Shown here in pieces: positions 45,755 to 58,917 of a DNA stretch of 64,000 bases. The stretch is from Azolla caroliniana (taxonomy: Eukaryota > Plantae > Polypodiophyta). The stretch spans positions 6,262,001 through 6,326,000 of the forward strand of contig JBHGNT010000001.1 in assembly GCA_043228905.1 (NCBI GenBank), in the 5' to 3' direction. Numbering within the stretch: position 1 is the stretch's first letter; every line of letters starts with the position of its first letter. The notes beneath the pieces were generated by a model. That model made no database searches. It was not told the origin of the DNA and saw nothing but the letters and a program-made list of their open reading frames with translations. The position numbers were made by a program, and so were the translations under genes.

Positions 45755-46670
45755 GAAGAGCGACATAATTGTATTTTGAAGTCTTCATGGTTCAATCTAT
45801 GTTCCTTTTTGTGGTAGTTTAGCAACATTCACTATAGTCTATATTTAAATCTCTATAGCACATGCCTTCAATACCTTTTTGCATATATTTCCATGAATTA
45901 AAACTATACATCTTTTGGAAAAACTCCCATGTTACACTACAATTTTGAAAATTTAGCTTTTGTTGAACTCATATGATAGAGTTACATATTTCATAGTGGC
46001 GTCTCATTGTGTATTAACACCCTATATCATATTCATTCAAGACCTATCTAAAAAGGTACACATTATTTGTAGATTTTTCATGAATAGAATGCAAAATTTC
46101 CGTATACAAGCTTTGTATGTCAGTGTAGATGAATGCCTTCTCGTGTTACATTTGTGACAAATAAATCAATCAACAACCTTGGTTAAAGTCACATGTTATG
46201 GCTATAGATTTATGAGTCAACGTTAATATGTGAAGAGTGACATAATTGTATTTTGAAGTCTTCATGGTTCAATCTATGTTCCTTTTTGTGGCCATCTCAC
46301 TTACAGGATAGTTTGGCAACATTCACTATATGTAAATGCTCTATATCACATGCACTCAATACCTTTTTGCATATATTTCCATGAATTAAATGGAAAGACT
46401 CCCATGTTACATTACAATTTTGAAAATTTAGCTTTTGTTGAACTCATATGATAGAGTTACATATTTGAATATTTCATAGTGACTTCTCAATGCTCATTGT
46501 GTATTAACACCCTATATCATATTCATTCAAGACCTATCTAAAAAGTTACACATTATTTGTAGTTTTTTCATGAATGGAATGCACCCTTTCCGTATACAAC
46601 CTTCGTATGTTAGTTTAGATGAATGTCCTCTCATTTTACATTTGTTATTGCTATAGGTTTATGAGTGACC
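45755..46670. repeat. Tandem duplication, period about 477 bp
   Basis: GAAGAG(C/T)GACATAATTGTATTTTGAAGTCTTCATGG starts both copies (about 45755 and 46232); colinear with small indels. Confidence 0.9.
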
Positions 46671-48769
46671 CCCATGAACTACCTCACATGGACTCAAATC
46701 ATAGAATATTAAAGCTTGGATAACCATAATATAAGAGGCCATGAATTACTAAAGGACCCAATGCATGTGCATAAGCGGCCACATGTTCTTAGGATCAAGG
46801 CCCCTTTTCATGTGCGTCGGGTGAAGTTTTTTACTTTGGTATTTTACACCCCTCATATTCAGTACAAACATATTAACTATTTCAATCCATAAACTATTGA
46901 TGTCAAGTACACTCAATCCATAATTGAAACTCTCTTTCGATGTGCATTGTTCATGAATAAAATGAATCTTTTTCGATCTAATACAGTCTTTATGTGCACA
47001 TCCTCACTTAGATGATACTTTTACGTATGTGAATTAATGTGAGCAAAAGGCTTAAAAGTTCTTATTGGAAACCATGTGTTCTAGTTAGGTTGTAGGGCTT
47101 GCATACTTCTCTTGATGAAATATGTATCCAAAATTAGAGATTTTATCCAAGAGTTTACTTTTTTCATTTTGCATGTCCATAATATGTATTATGCTAACAC
47201 TTTGCTTTTCAATCATATTTCTTTTCTAACTCATTACAAGCATCCACCGCCAAGATTAGTACTCATAGTACACCCATGTCTTGTACCTCAACCACGTACT
47301 TGAGGAACTTCTTGTTAGAATATATTCAATGATCATCTTTGATAACTAATTTTCTAACAAAGCATGTTGTGTTGCATTTTTGAATGACCCCTATATGAAG
47401 AGAAGTTATTGGTGCATTTTGACCTAAATGTGGATGCTAATCCCTACCATAGTAGTTGTGGTGGGGTGGGGTATTTGTGGGGCTTGTGCCCCCTTGGGTT
47501 CATGGTTCCACTCTCAAGAATATATTTTAATAATATTTCCTCTATATTCATCTACGAGTGGGGCAAAAAAAAAGGCAATTAAGTAGATTCTCTCAATATT
47601 TTCCTTAATAAGGGAGCAATGGTTTGTAACCAATGTGTGGAAAGTTGTGTACTTACTACTTACCTGCCTATCAACCAACTATTGCATGATATATAGGAAT
47701 GAACCTTGAGTTGATTATAGAAGTACTAGAATTAGCTCATTCTGAAAAAACCTTAATTGCCAAAAATCTCCATTTAAGCTCCAAGTTGTTGACTGTTGAT
47801 TTCATGGCTTAATCTATATTTAATCAAATCATTAAAACATTTTAATGGCACAATTGAGTGTCTTTTGCGAATAGTCTCTTCATTGAGTCTGTCAAGTATA
47901 AGACTGAGGTCATGAAGATTGTTCATTTGAAGACGTTGTTCACCCAAAGAATAGCTTGAGAGTGATTGACACTCTCTATCATTTGTCTTAGGGTTTAGGG
48001 TTTGACACACCTTGGGTGGCTTGACGGTTACAAGATGGTACACGCTTGTTACAGGTCATTGCAAATATTTTGTCGTATCATCATGCAATGACATCATTAT
48101 CTTGGCTATCACCTTAAAGTAGAAAAGGCATGAAATTTATGTAAGTAGAATGCAAGGTGGTGGCAAATATTGCAATGTGGTTAGCATTCCCATTTGCTGT
48201 TTCGTGCAAAGGTATTCATACGAAGAGTCATGATTGGTGGGCTTCCATTAGGTTCAACCCTAAGGAGATGAGGACTAGGGTCAGGTACCGGCTTCTTTTG
48301 CACCATTCCGTTGTTGGAAGACAGTACACACAGGTTCATTAAAGGTCCGATAGCGCGTATCATTGGGAAGTACTTATGAGACATTTGGCAAGTTTTAACC
48401 ACGTTTGTTACATACTTGAGCCCTCGACAATGGGTTTGTTAATTCTGAGTATGTTCAAAATGGTCCAAATGACGAGATGGAGATATTGTCCCGATCTTTA
48501 CAATATTGGGGAGTGCTAACACAATTGGAATATGTGAAATGCTTTTCATGTTTGATGAAAGCCTATGCGAAACGAAGAGCATGATTTCCTCAATTGCATA
48601 ATAATGAGGTTTTCTAATGGTTTTAGCTTTATAGGACATCCCCCTCTAGGGAGAGGATTACATAGGATAGAGAGACTATGAAGTGTTGTAAGAAGTGGAT
48701 TTTACATACAATTAATATAATTGTGTGCTTCTTTACCGGAGAGAGAGAGAGATTTTGGAGTTTCCTGAA

Positions 48770-48926
48770 ATGCCAAGGAGTTGCTCTACATACCACTTCC
48801 CAGTGTGTGTGCGCGTGAGATGGAGGCAGATTGACAGACAGACAGGAACTAATATGCATCGGAAGATTAATGGAGACACGCCTTCTTGGTTAGTACTATA
48901 TCATTTCGAATTCTCGCCTTTTCATG
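48770..48926 (+). CDS. Putative exon 1 of the PDF-motif/PPR gene
   Basis: ATG after a (GA)n leader. Phase-1 donor G|GTTAGT fits the phase of the exon at 50950. Confidence 0.45.
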
Positions 48927-50949
48927 GTTAGTGTGGTTATTTGCATCTGCTATTGCACAAGATTGATTCTTGCAGAGCTTACTTATGGGAATCATGGTTT
49001 CCTTATTCTATTTTTCTTTGATTTTTCTCTCTGTTTTTTTTCTAGATTTATTATGCGGCGGTCAAATATGAACCTTGTTTTTGTAAGTTTTTAATTATTA
49101 ATCATTAATTTTATGGATAATCACGTATTAATACGTTTATCGGATCCTTTCTATGTCAGGATGTCAAGAACTCATATTTTGCTATGATATCTGCTATTTT
49201 GGAATGTATTTCCCTCATTTTTAGTGAATACAAAATTTAGGCCTTAACTTTGAATCCCAAAACAACTTTCTCGCATGAAATTTTGCATATTCAAATCATG
49301 AAGTTTTAAATTTGAATATGGAAACTTGAATTTTACTAATTTCCACTAAATCTGAATGGATAGTTAGCAGTTTATTATATGCCGTTTTCCCTAAGAAAAA
49401 TATTTTATATGGTTTCAAGGAATAGAGAAATAGTTGAACTAGCACATTAAAGAAAGAAAGGCGTAATAGAATTGTCATGAATGAATCTCTTTCTTGGAAA
49501 GGCAATACAGATATTCTCAACAACAGAAACATTGTCGATAGGTCTGGGCTTTCTTAGAAAGATCATCAGAAATGATTGTGAGAAGTGTAACTTGTCTTGT
49601 GATGCTTGTTAAAATATTTAAACTAGTAGGAATTTATGGCTATCTAACCAAAGTGGATCTTCAGTTAACTGGTGGCATGTTTAATAATTTCAAGGTTCGA
49701 TTGAGTCTGATCTTAGTATGTGCTTCATGTCTTGACTTTTTGCGTCAGTCAACCACAATGTGCACAAAATCTAAATTTAAACCTTTAGAATTAAGGACAA
49801 TTCTCACATTATCCAGATATTTCGAGAAAAATAATCGTAACGAAACTACCCAAATTTTAAGCTGGAAAACTTAGGGACATTCTAAGCTTGATCTGGGATT
49901 TGTCAGGGTTGCATGGCTCTGTTCTTTATACATCGGAAAGGGTCTTTAGAATGGAATTAAAACCTTTTTCCTTAGCTTCTCATACTTTCTTTTGTCATCC
50001 CAAGAGCTAAATTTACTACTTTTATGCATAACCACAGAACTTTGTACAAAACCAAAGACAGGCAAAGTATTTGCATACTATATTTTTTGCATGTGGTAAT
50101 ACAAGTTTTTCATTTTAAATAAAAACCTATTATAAGATCATTTTCATATAAAGGGAACGTAATTTCCCATGATATATATAATGCCTGTTTGTGGTAAATT
50201 GAGAACTCTAGACATATAGGAAAGCTGAGAAGTTTTTTAAAGTGAAGTTTAATCATGCTTCCTAGAGTTTAGGGATGGATACTCTGGAAAGGTAGGGAAT
50301 TCAACTTAAAATATTTCGTTTAAATTCATATTATACATAATTGGACAAGAGATTAGCATTAACAATTTTTACATATTTAAAAATATAACAGAAAGACTAC
50401 TTGATAAAATGCTCACTGCTTATAACTTATGAGCATGATTGCAATTCACCCATCTTAATGCTCATTTTATTGATATAGAAACTAGCAGAAATGAACTAAT
50501 ATTGCATGATATGACCCATTCCTCGAGAAGTTTATTATTATGTGAGTTAAAGAGTTAGAATGGCCAGAATTATCCTGAGTTTGTGCACATAATCTTAGAG
50601 AATCTCCAGTTTAATTTCCAGTTGGATATGGAATTTAATAACCGAGTGCTCAAATGGAACCATTCTCCACTGTGGAACATGATTGATTAATGCATGTATA
50701 ATTTAATGATTGCTAGCTAGTATTTCTTATAGAGTAAAACTTTAGCTAACTGATTGTGCTAGATTAGTCCACAAGGGTTTCATCTTAATTTTCTGACTTA
50801 TCCTGGTCCTTTGGCTTGTCGGTAATTGAAATAAGATGTTGGAAATTAAGGTTTGTGAATTATTAACTATTAAAACATCAATAACTATCTTTTAATACAG
50901 CGAATTCCCAAGAAGACAAGTCACAATAATTTCTCGCCCAATCTTGCAG

Positions 50950-51038
50950 GTACTACAGGGATGATGTTTGAAAATCAAGGTTTATGGAAGTTTTTCTTTT
51001 CAAATCCATCATCTTGGTGGGACAATAGATTTAACAAG
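50950..51038 (+). CDS. Exon encoding the first half of an OSB-type PDF motif
   Basis: TTGCAG|...LWKFFFSNPSSWWDNRFNK|GTAAAT, phase-0 donor. Confidence 0.75.
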
Positions 51039-53553
51039 GTAAATCCTACTATATTTAGAAGAAGCAAATGTGCTTATACATTTGCATTATCTGTGTTACC
51101 TTTTGTGCTTTCTCATATTATATTTATTTTGGTTCTTTTTGTTATGGTAAAAATTTCTATGTAGAAGTAAATGCATAATAATATGTGTCAAAGTTTAAAG
51201 TAAATTGTCGTCATTTATCCCGTACTGTAGAACAAACTGAAATAAAGATAAACAAAACCGAAACTGGAATAAAGATAAGTAGAACAGCCTAAGGCACCAG
51301 ATATTTTAATTTGCTAATCATGCCATGTTCTGAACTTAGATGGTCTGAAACTTATGGATTAGAAATATCTCAAACAGGGCCATTCAAGAGGAAGATGCCC
51401 ACGAAGCATAGCATTACATTTGGCGTTGAAGGATAATGGCATTGTCAATAACAAGGGTGGTGAGGCTGTGTCTAGATGGAGCTGACCTACATGCACCACA
51501 AATTGTTATTGCCTGATTCATGTTAACCTTTTTGAATATTGTCGTTGAGATCCTACTTGAGTTGCCCATGATTGACATGTAGCATGGAAGGCAGGGGTAA
51601 TGGGTGCCGAAGAAGGTTGGGAGGGTTCTTTGTAGATGTGGTTTTGTGGCTGTAATGCTGTCCTACAGCTTTTGTCAATGTCTCTTGATTTCTAACAAAA
51701 GCTGTCCCAAAGCATTGTTGGTCTTCATATTCCATTGCCTTGCAGGGTGGGCTAAACCTTTGCAAAGAGGTAGTGATATTTTCTTCATAAAAAATAAAAC
51801 AATGGCAAACATGATGCTCCGTTGTTTCCACATATATATCCATGGCACAATTGGCAGATCTTTTCTTCGGTAGCTTTGCATACATATCTGCTTGCCTCAA
51901 TTTGTGGTGCCATGATGTCCTGAGCTATGGAATGCATGAGAGAGATGCGTATCCATATTAGAAGGCTTGATGATAAATCCGTCATACCACAAGTGTAAAA
52001 ATAATTCCTCATAGCCGGCCATCTTCCTACCAAGTGGCATTGTGAGGCTGATCCACATTCTTTTATTATCAAGTTTAACAATCCGTTCAGTTCACTCTAT
52101 AACTTTTGTCATGTCGAAGTGTGGGCAATCCTATATTAGCACACAGGAATTTCATATTTATGTCATGTGATTGGAACCATTCCTGTATTTCAGTTGGCCA
52201 AAAATGAAATATGTGCATACAGATTAACACATACATATTGAATACCTTTGCTTTGTGAGCTTCCAAATCCATTGGATACAAGTAACCTATGGAAATATGT
52301 CTAAGTAACTATTAATGTTCCCATCTCAGCCTGGAGTATTTTGTGGCTCGCCAATTCTATGATCCATACCTTGCAGGTAATCATTGAAACTAAAGGCATC
52401 TCCAAATATCTCTAGTTTTGTGCCCTATGATGGCTTTATCTCCAAGCTTACACCCCTTGCAGAAGAGTTGATGTTAGAAGTGTATTGAACAACCATAAAT
52501 TTGTACATTTTCTTGAGAAAATCAAGTTCAGTTGGCCTCCTATAGGAGAACTGAGGCATTGTGATAATGACTCCTATGTATGTGTAAGATTGTGTGTATG
52601 CCACCTTTTCTTCTCCCGTTGAAAAGTGCTACAGATCACCACTTCGTCTACACTACATGTCTTCGACATCCATCTGGAGAATCAAATATAATATAAGACC
52701 GAAGAAGTTCCAAAACTTTCATGGAAAGGCATAAGATCAAAATATTTTAGTTGGTGAGGTTTTTGTCTCCGCATATCTTCAATATACCTATGTAGGAAGA
52801 CTTCCCATCTAGCTGGACAGAGCATAGTTAAGAGCCCTAGCAACTATAGGATCAGCAAACTATGCAATATATGATGCTTTGTACTGCAGGATTTTTGTAT
52901 ATATAATTTACACTCAAGAAAGGATTTTTGTATAGAAAGGACACTGTGTGACATTATACTTAAGAAATGCCTGTTTAAAAAATGGTTGCCTGGATATGAG
53001 CTCAAACACTCACATAGTGAGATAAAAAATAGCAGAACAATATCCAATGTTAGCTCACTAAAGGCTTCCATTGTCCTGAAGAAAAATGAAGGGAAGAATT
53101 TGAATGTGTCTATTATCACATAACTTCGCACTTTAGTTCTGGACTTACTGCATTTATGATAATCTTCCAGCTTATACTGTCATTAGGCAATTAATGTTTA
53201 AGAAACTGTGCTGATGTTAAAATGTAATAGGAGTAAACCTTTGCCAATCTCATGGCTGCCATTTTTAAGTGCCTTCTGGGTACATCTTGTTTTGCACATT
53301 GTGCAATGAATATAATTCCAACTGATACTATCTCTAACTTTGACACACATTCTTTCTTTTTTACTTTAGGTATCATTTCGTTCTTCTTTATAGTGATTTT
53401 ATATTCTGAAAATTAGTTACTGCATCACCTTTTATGTCTTATTTGTAAATTTCAACTCCAGATGCTTTGAAGGAAGGAAGTCCATTTCTACACCTTCTAA
53501 GTAGAATATTACACTAATTGATTAGCATTCCATGATCTTTTATTGAATAGCAG

Positions 53554-53684
53554 GTTAAACCTGGCCTCCCTGATTTTGTGCATAAACAAACGAAACAAGT
53601 TTTGCGGTATGATCCTTGGCATGACCCTCCATGGGTAGGAGTACAATTATGTCAAACTAATGCACATTCATCTAGTTTCAAGAG
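53554..53684 (+). CDS. Exon encoding the second half of the PDF motif (3' end uncertain: GT donor at 53607 or GC donor at 53685)
   Basis: TAGCAG|VKPGLPDFVHKQTKQVLRYDPWHDPPWV. Both candidate donors are phase 2, matching the acceptor at 53799. Confidence 0.7.
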
Positions 53685-53799
53685 GCAAAGTCAAATAAAG
53701 AAAATGTCAGGTTTTTAAATTTTCTTTATGCTATAGATACTTTATTGATTATGCAAACTAATTTCGATTAAGCATACAAACATTATGTTTCGTCTGCAG

Positions 53800-55957
53800 G
53801 GAAAATGATATATATAGCATTTTGTGGGCTGTGAAGAAATTTTGTGAGGAAGGCCAACTTGATAAGGCAATTCATAGTCTTAACCTCCTGGACGAAGGAG
53901 GCTATCGTGTTTCCTCTTCTATCTTTTATAGACTTCTCCAGGAATGCAGCACTAAAGGGAACTTGCAAATTGCCAAGGATTTGTATAGACTTATCATCAA
54001 GAGTGGATTTGCAACAGATGTATTTCTGGGGAGTCACCTAATTCGGTTATTCACGTTTTTTGGTACTTTAACTGAAGCATACCATGTCTTCTGTAATGTA
54101 TGTAAACCAAATGTATTTGCATGGACTGCCATAATATCTGCTCATAGCAAGCTTGGCCAAGGTGAAGTGGGGTTTGATTTATATATTAAAATGCTGGAAT
54201 CAGATGTGAAACCAGATGGGTTTGCGTTTGTTGCAGCTCTTCAAGCATGCATAAGTTCATTAAGTTTGAAACAAGGGAAATTGGTACATGCTCACATTCT
54301 AGAAGCAAGTTTTGAGTCCGATATTATAGCAAATGCCCTAATGGATTTGTATATAAAATGTGGAAGCGTTGTAGATGCACAAAGAATCTTTAATCGTCAA
54401 ATAACTCGAGATGTGGTTTCGTGGAGTACACTCATTTCAGGGTATTCAATCAATGGGCATGAACATGTAGCTATGGACTTATTTCATCAAATGCAATATG
54501 AGGGCATTGCCCCAAACATTGTAACATGGAATACAGTGATTGCTTGCTGTGTCCAGCATGGCAGGTCACATGTGATATTTCAGCTTTTTGAGCAAATGCA
54601 GTTACAGCCAGACAGTGTCACATTTGTCTGCCTTCTTAAAGCATGTACGAATCTAAAATTGGTGAGGGAGGTTCATACTTACATAATTGAGCTGGGCATT
54701 CAGAAGGATATCATTGTTGGAAATACCCTAATTGATTTGTATGCTAAATTTGGAAGTCTTACTGATGCTTACGAAGTAATTCGTACTTTAGATGATCGAA
54801 ACACCGTGTCATGGAGTGCGTTGATTGCAGGATATGCACACAATGGTAATGTTTATGAAGCTGATGTGCTTTTTCATAAAATGAAAGAGGAGGGAATGGA
54901 GTTGAACAATGAAGCATGGAATGCACTAATTTCGGGTTACGCTGACAATGGACAAAGTCATGAAGCATTCAGTGTATATCAGCAAATGGAAGAATTAGGT
55001 ATAAAACCTGACCATATAACGTTTCTCAGCCTGCTGAAAGCTAGTTCAATCAATGGAGAACACCTGGCCATCAATCTAATTCACTTCCGAATTTGTGAAT
55101 GTGAATTGGATTTGGATATCATGGTTATAAACACACTTATTGATGTTTATACGAAAGTTGGAGGTATAGACGATGCACGTAGAGTCTTCGACATGTTATT
55201 GAGTTATAATCTTGTCACGTGGAATGCAATGATTTCTGGTTATGCGCATCATAGCATGGGACAAGAAGCTTTCAAGCTATTTCAGAGAATGCAAGATAGA
55301 GGCATGGATCCAGATAAGTTTACATATGCCAGTGTTTTGAAAGCGAGTTCGAGTATGTTGGCCCTAGATCAAGGGAAGATAGTGCATGACCAAGTTATCC
55401 AGAGTGGTTTTCAAGTAGACCTTTATCTTTGGAGCTCGCTTATAGACATGTATGTGAAATGTGGTAGGTATGAAGATGCTCAAAGTCTCTTGCAGGGTAT
55501 TTGTGGTGATGATACGATCACTTGGAATGCTATGATTGCTGGATGTGCTCAAAATAGTGATTATAATCAAGCATTACATTGGTTTAACAAAATGAGATAT
55601 ATTCAGTGTAAAATGGATGATGCAACATATATTGGATTGCTTTCTGCATGCGGCCATGGAGGTTGTGTGGAAGAAGGATTTTCACATTTCAACACAATGA
55701 GGCATGATGATATAAATCCCACCGTGGGTCATTACAACTGTTTGGTTGACATTCTTGGTCGTGTGGGATGTTTAAACGAAGCGATGAGCTTACTTGAGAG
55801 TATACCTTTTCAAGTTAATCTTACTGGGTGGACATCACTACTAGATCACTGCAAAGCACATGGTAATCGAGTGCTAGCCCAGAAGTGCTATAACTATCTC
55901 ATTTCATGTGATTCATCATATTCATCTGGTTATGCAATCATGTCTAGTATCTGCTAA
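53800..55957 (+). CDS. PLS-class pentatricopeptide repeat protein, terminal exon; ends in a partial E domain, no DYW
   Basis: Intact ORF of more than 700 codons with repeated NTLIDLYAKFG / VTWNAMISGYA / FTYASVLKA motifs and HYNCLVDILGRVG...WTSLLDHCKAHG. Acceptor CTGCAG at 53794-53799. Confidence 0.95.
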
Positions 55958-57339
55958 TCTCTAAATGTTATAAGCCGCAAAAATCTGAATCCTTACACCC
56001 TGATGACTATGTTGTGCTGTTTGGAAGGCTACTTGCATTCCAAGGGGATAAAAGAGTAACTTCAAAGCACAATACAGCAACAAGCATAGGCTAATGTTGT
56101 AGTACACATGCCTTGAGAAATGATAGTTGTTTCTACCATGCACATTGTGGAACTGAAACTATCACAAGAAACAGAATTGATGTACTGGTTGCCATATTGG
56201 TATCCTTTGTATCTTGCAAGATGTAGCATTCTGATTGCTGCTGCCCACAAAGTTGTAACGTTAGAAAACCTGAACATATATATTAAAGAGATGGTTACCA
56301 TCTATCAAATGCAAATGTTTTTCAATTGCCCGCGTTCATGCACATCATTCCTTATCATAGAATCCAGTGTAGCAGTATCATCCCAATGGCTATATTGATA
56401 TCTGCTCTTTTTATTTCTTTTCTTCTCATTCTACTTTTGCCCCTATGCATTGTACACATTGTCATGTGCAATGCCCTTCATTCTATATTCTTTGACTGCA
56501 TCTAATTCCTACCAATAACAAATAAGTATTGAAATATGAGAAGAATGGTTAAGAGGTATAGATTGGGGAGTGGCATTTGAAATTGGAATGGGTGGACCGA
56601 CATGGTAGTGTTTCTTTTTTGGGCAAATGCAGCAATCATGGTTAACCATGTATGTTCATATGTTGATGCAAATATGGTCTACACATGCCACAATTGTGAA
56701 GCCCTCTTTTAGTGAGGGGTTAATTATATTAAGCTACTTTGTAATCCATTGTTTTTCAAGATTTTAGCATTTGATATTCCACACCAGATATTCATTTACT
56801 TGAGGAAAATGAACTCCAAAAGCTAAAGATTATGATGTGAAACCGTGTCAATGATTTTTTGCATGTTTTAACATTGACTTAGATAGTGTAAAGCCCTAAC
56901 AATAGAGTATGCATTCTACATTCTAGATGGCTAATGGTGTTTGCCTTTTGTTTGCATTTTTATTGGGGATTCAATTGACTCTTGAGACTCTACGTGTAGT
57001 TATAGTGCATCTCCTGAGCAATTCCACAACATGCAAATAGTGCATGCGAGAGGATTTCAACATTCCTCTGGATAATAAGGCAATGTTGGCTCATGTTTCC
57101 TCGCATCTTGTGGAAGCCTCCACTATAACCTTATTTCCTGTGAACTCCTTCAAATTATCCTTCATTTTGGGAACTTCCACTTCTCCTTAGTACTCTGACT
57201 CTCTAACAACTCAACAAGCACTAAGTGTAATTAGTATCGGTGATAATACTTCAAACACTAAGCATTATAGTAAGAAACACTAACAAAACGATTAGGGTAA
57301 GGATATGTTATCATTAAATAATTGTATCATTAAAATGTG

Positions 57340-57912
57340 TCTATCATAAATCCATCTAACATATGATGAGCATGGCCATAATCGCTTTTTATACATTTAG
57401 AACGACTAATAAAAATTAATATTTACAATTATCAAAACCAAATTGGACAAAATAATAACTTACTTTGATTACAAATATCTGAAATGATGTCCTCTTTGCC
57501 TGAATTGGAGGCACCCACCAAACATGTTTGCGAAGGATGTATTTTGGCAAAATGCAACGTACTTCTTTTTCAAAAGATGGTTCAGTGCAGGCTGCCCATA
57601 AATTACAGCTTGTACATAGTGGCATTTGTGGTCCTATACAAGCACCTCCATTTGGAAATTACCTTTACTTCATGATTTTTTATTGAAAACTTTTCGAAAC
57701 GTGCTCGGATTTATCCATTGAAAGCTAAGTCCAAAGTGTTTATGTGCTTCAAAAGTTTTGTAGTCATGGCCGAAAATATGGCTGGCTAAGTGTAAAATGG
57801 GTACCCTCCTTTCTGATTGAGGGGGGAATACATGTCTGTTGTTTTTAGTGCATTTCGTGCTCCACCTAGGCTAAAACTTCACCTTAACATATATACACCA
57901 CAACAAAATGGT
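57340..57912 (+). mobile_element. Highly degenerate Ty1/copia integrase remnant
   Basis: HVCEGCILAK, LQLVHSGICGP, IYPLKAKSKVF, SD*GGEY and YTPQQNG motifs across frames. Confidence 0.75.
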
Positions 57913-57937
57913 ACATGATCACTTTATAGTGTTTTAG

Positions 57938-58425
57938 AGTAAAATTTCCCCCTTTTCACACTAATGTATTGTTAAGAATCTCATGCTAATCAATAGATCA
58001 AAATATAGTAAGAATAGTGAATAGCTTGGATAGAGGAACCCAATCCTCATGACCAGCCTTACGTATCATCGAGACTCAGCCAATATACAACCGATGACTC
58101 ATACGGTATACCAATAAATATTAGGATGATTAGTAAAATTTCCCCTTTTTCACACTAATGTATTGTTAAGAATCTCGTGCTAATCAATAGATCAAAATAT
58201 AGTAAGAATAGCGAATAGCTTGGATAGGATGATTAGTAAAATTTCCCCCTTTTCACACTAATGTATTGTTAAGAATCTTGTGCTAATCAATAGATCAAAA
58301 TATAGTAAGAATAGCGAATAGCTTGGATAGAGGAACCCAATCCTCATGACCACCCTTACGTATCATCGAGATTTAGCCAATATACAACCAATGACTCATA
58401 CCAATAAATATTAGGATGATTAGTA
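57938..58425. repeat. Compound tandem repeat A-B-A-A-B (units about 95 bp), possibly within an LTR relic at about 57930-58677
   Basis: AGTAAAATTTCCCCC...GCTTGGATAG at 57938, 58132 and 58235; AGGAACCCAATCC...GGATGATTAGTA twice. Confidence 0.85.
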
Positions 58426-58917
58426 CCTTGGAAGTGGTAACACGATCATTGTACGAAAGCCTAGCTTGCTCCACTAGTGTCTCAAGACGTCTGTCTACCT
58501 TCTGATGTAATGTCCCTTCACCTTGTCAGGATAGGTACGCCTCTTTTTATACATCTTCCCAAGCCCCTTGAATAGGTAGGCTTTTTAAAAACACTCTCCA
58601 TGCATTGGTTAATAAGATCATAATAGTGCATGCACGTGCCATTCTCTCTATCCTATCACATCAGTCCCTTTCTAACATTAGTGGACATACCCTTCACTTA
58701 TATTTTGTAAATATTGGTGATCTACCCTCGCCTACATTATCTGTACATAACGAATGTTAATAAGGTTTTAGATTCTAGCTTTTCCTCTTGTGTCTTCTTC
58801 TCTTGCAGACAAACTTCCATCATTGGTACCAATGCCGATACCATTGTTGACAAGTGACTTTTAGTGATGTCATTGCATGATGATACAATATATTTGTAGT
58901 GACATGTAACAAGCGTG

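Noticed and set aside
51400-52700. Several 60-115-aa ORFs in the PPR gene intron
   Set aside because: No motif I can identify with confidence; possibly a decayed mobile element, so not called.
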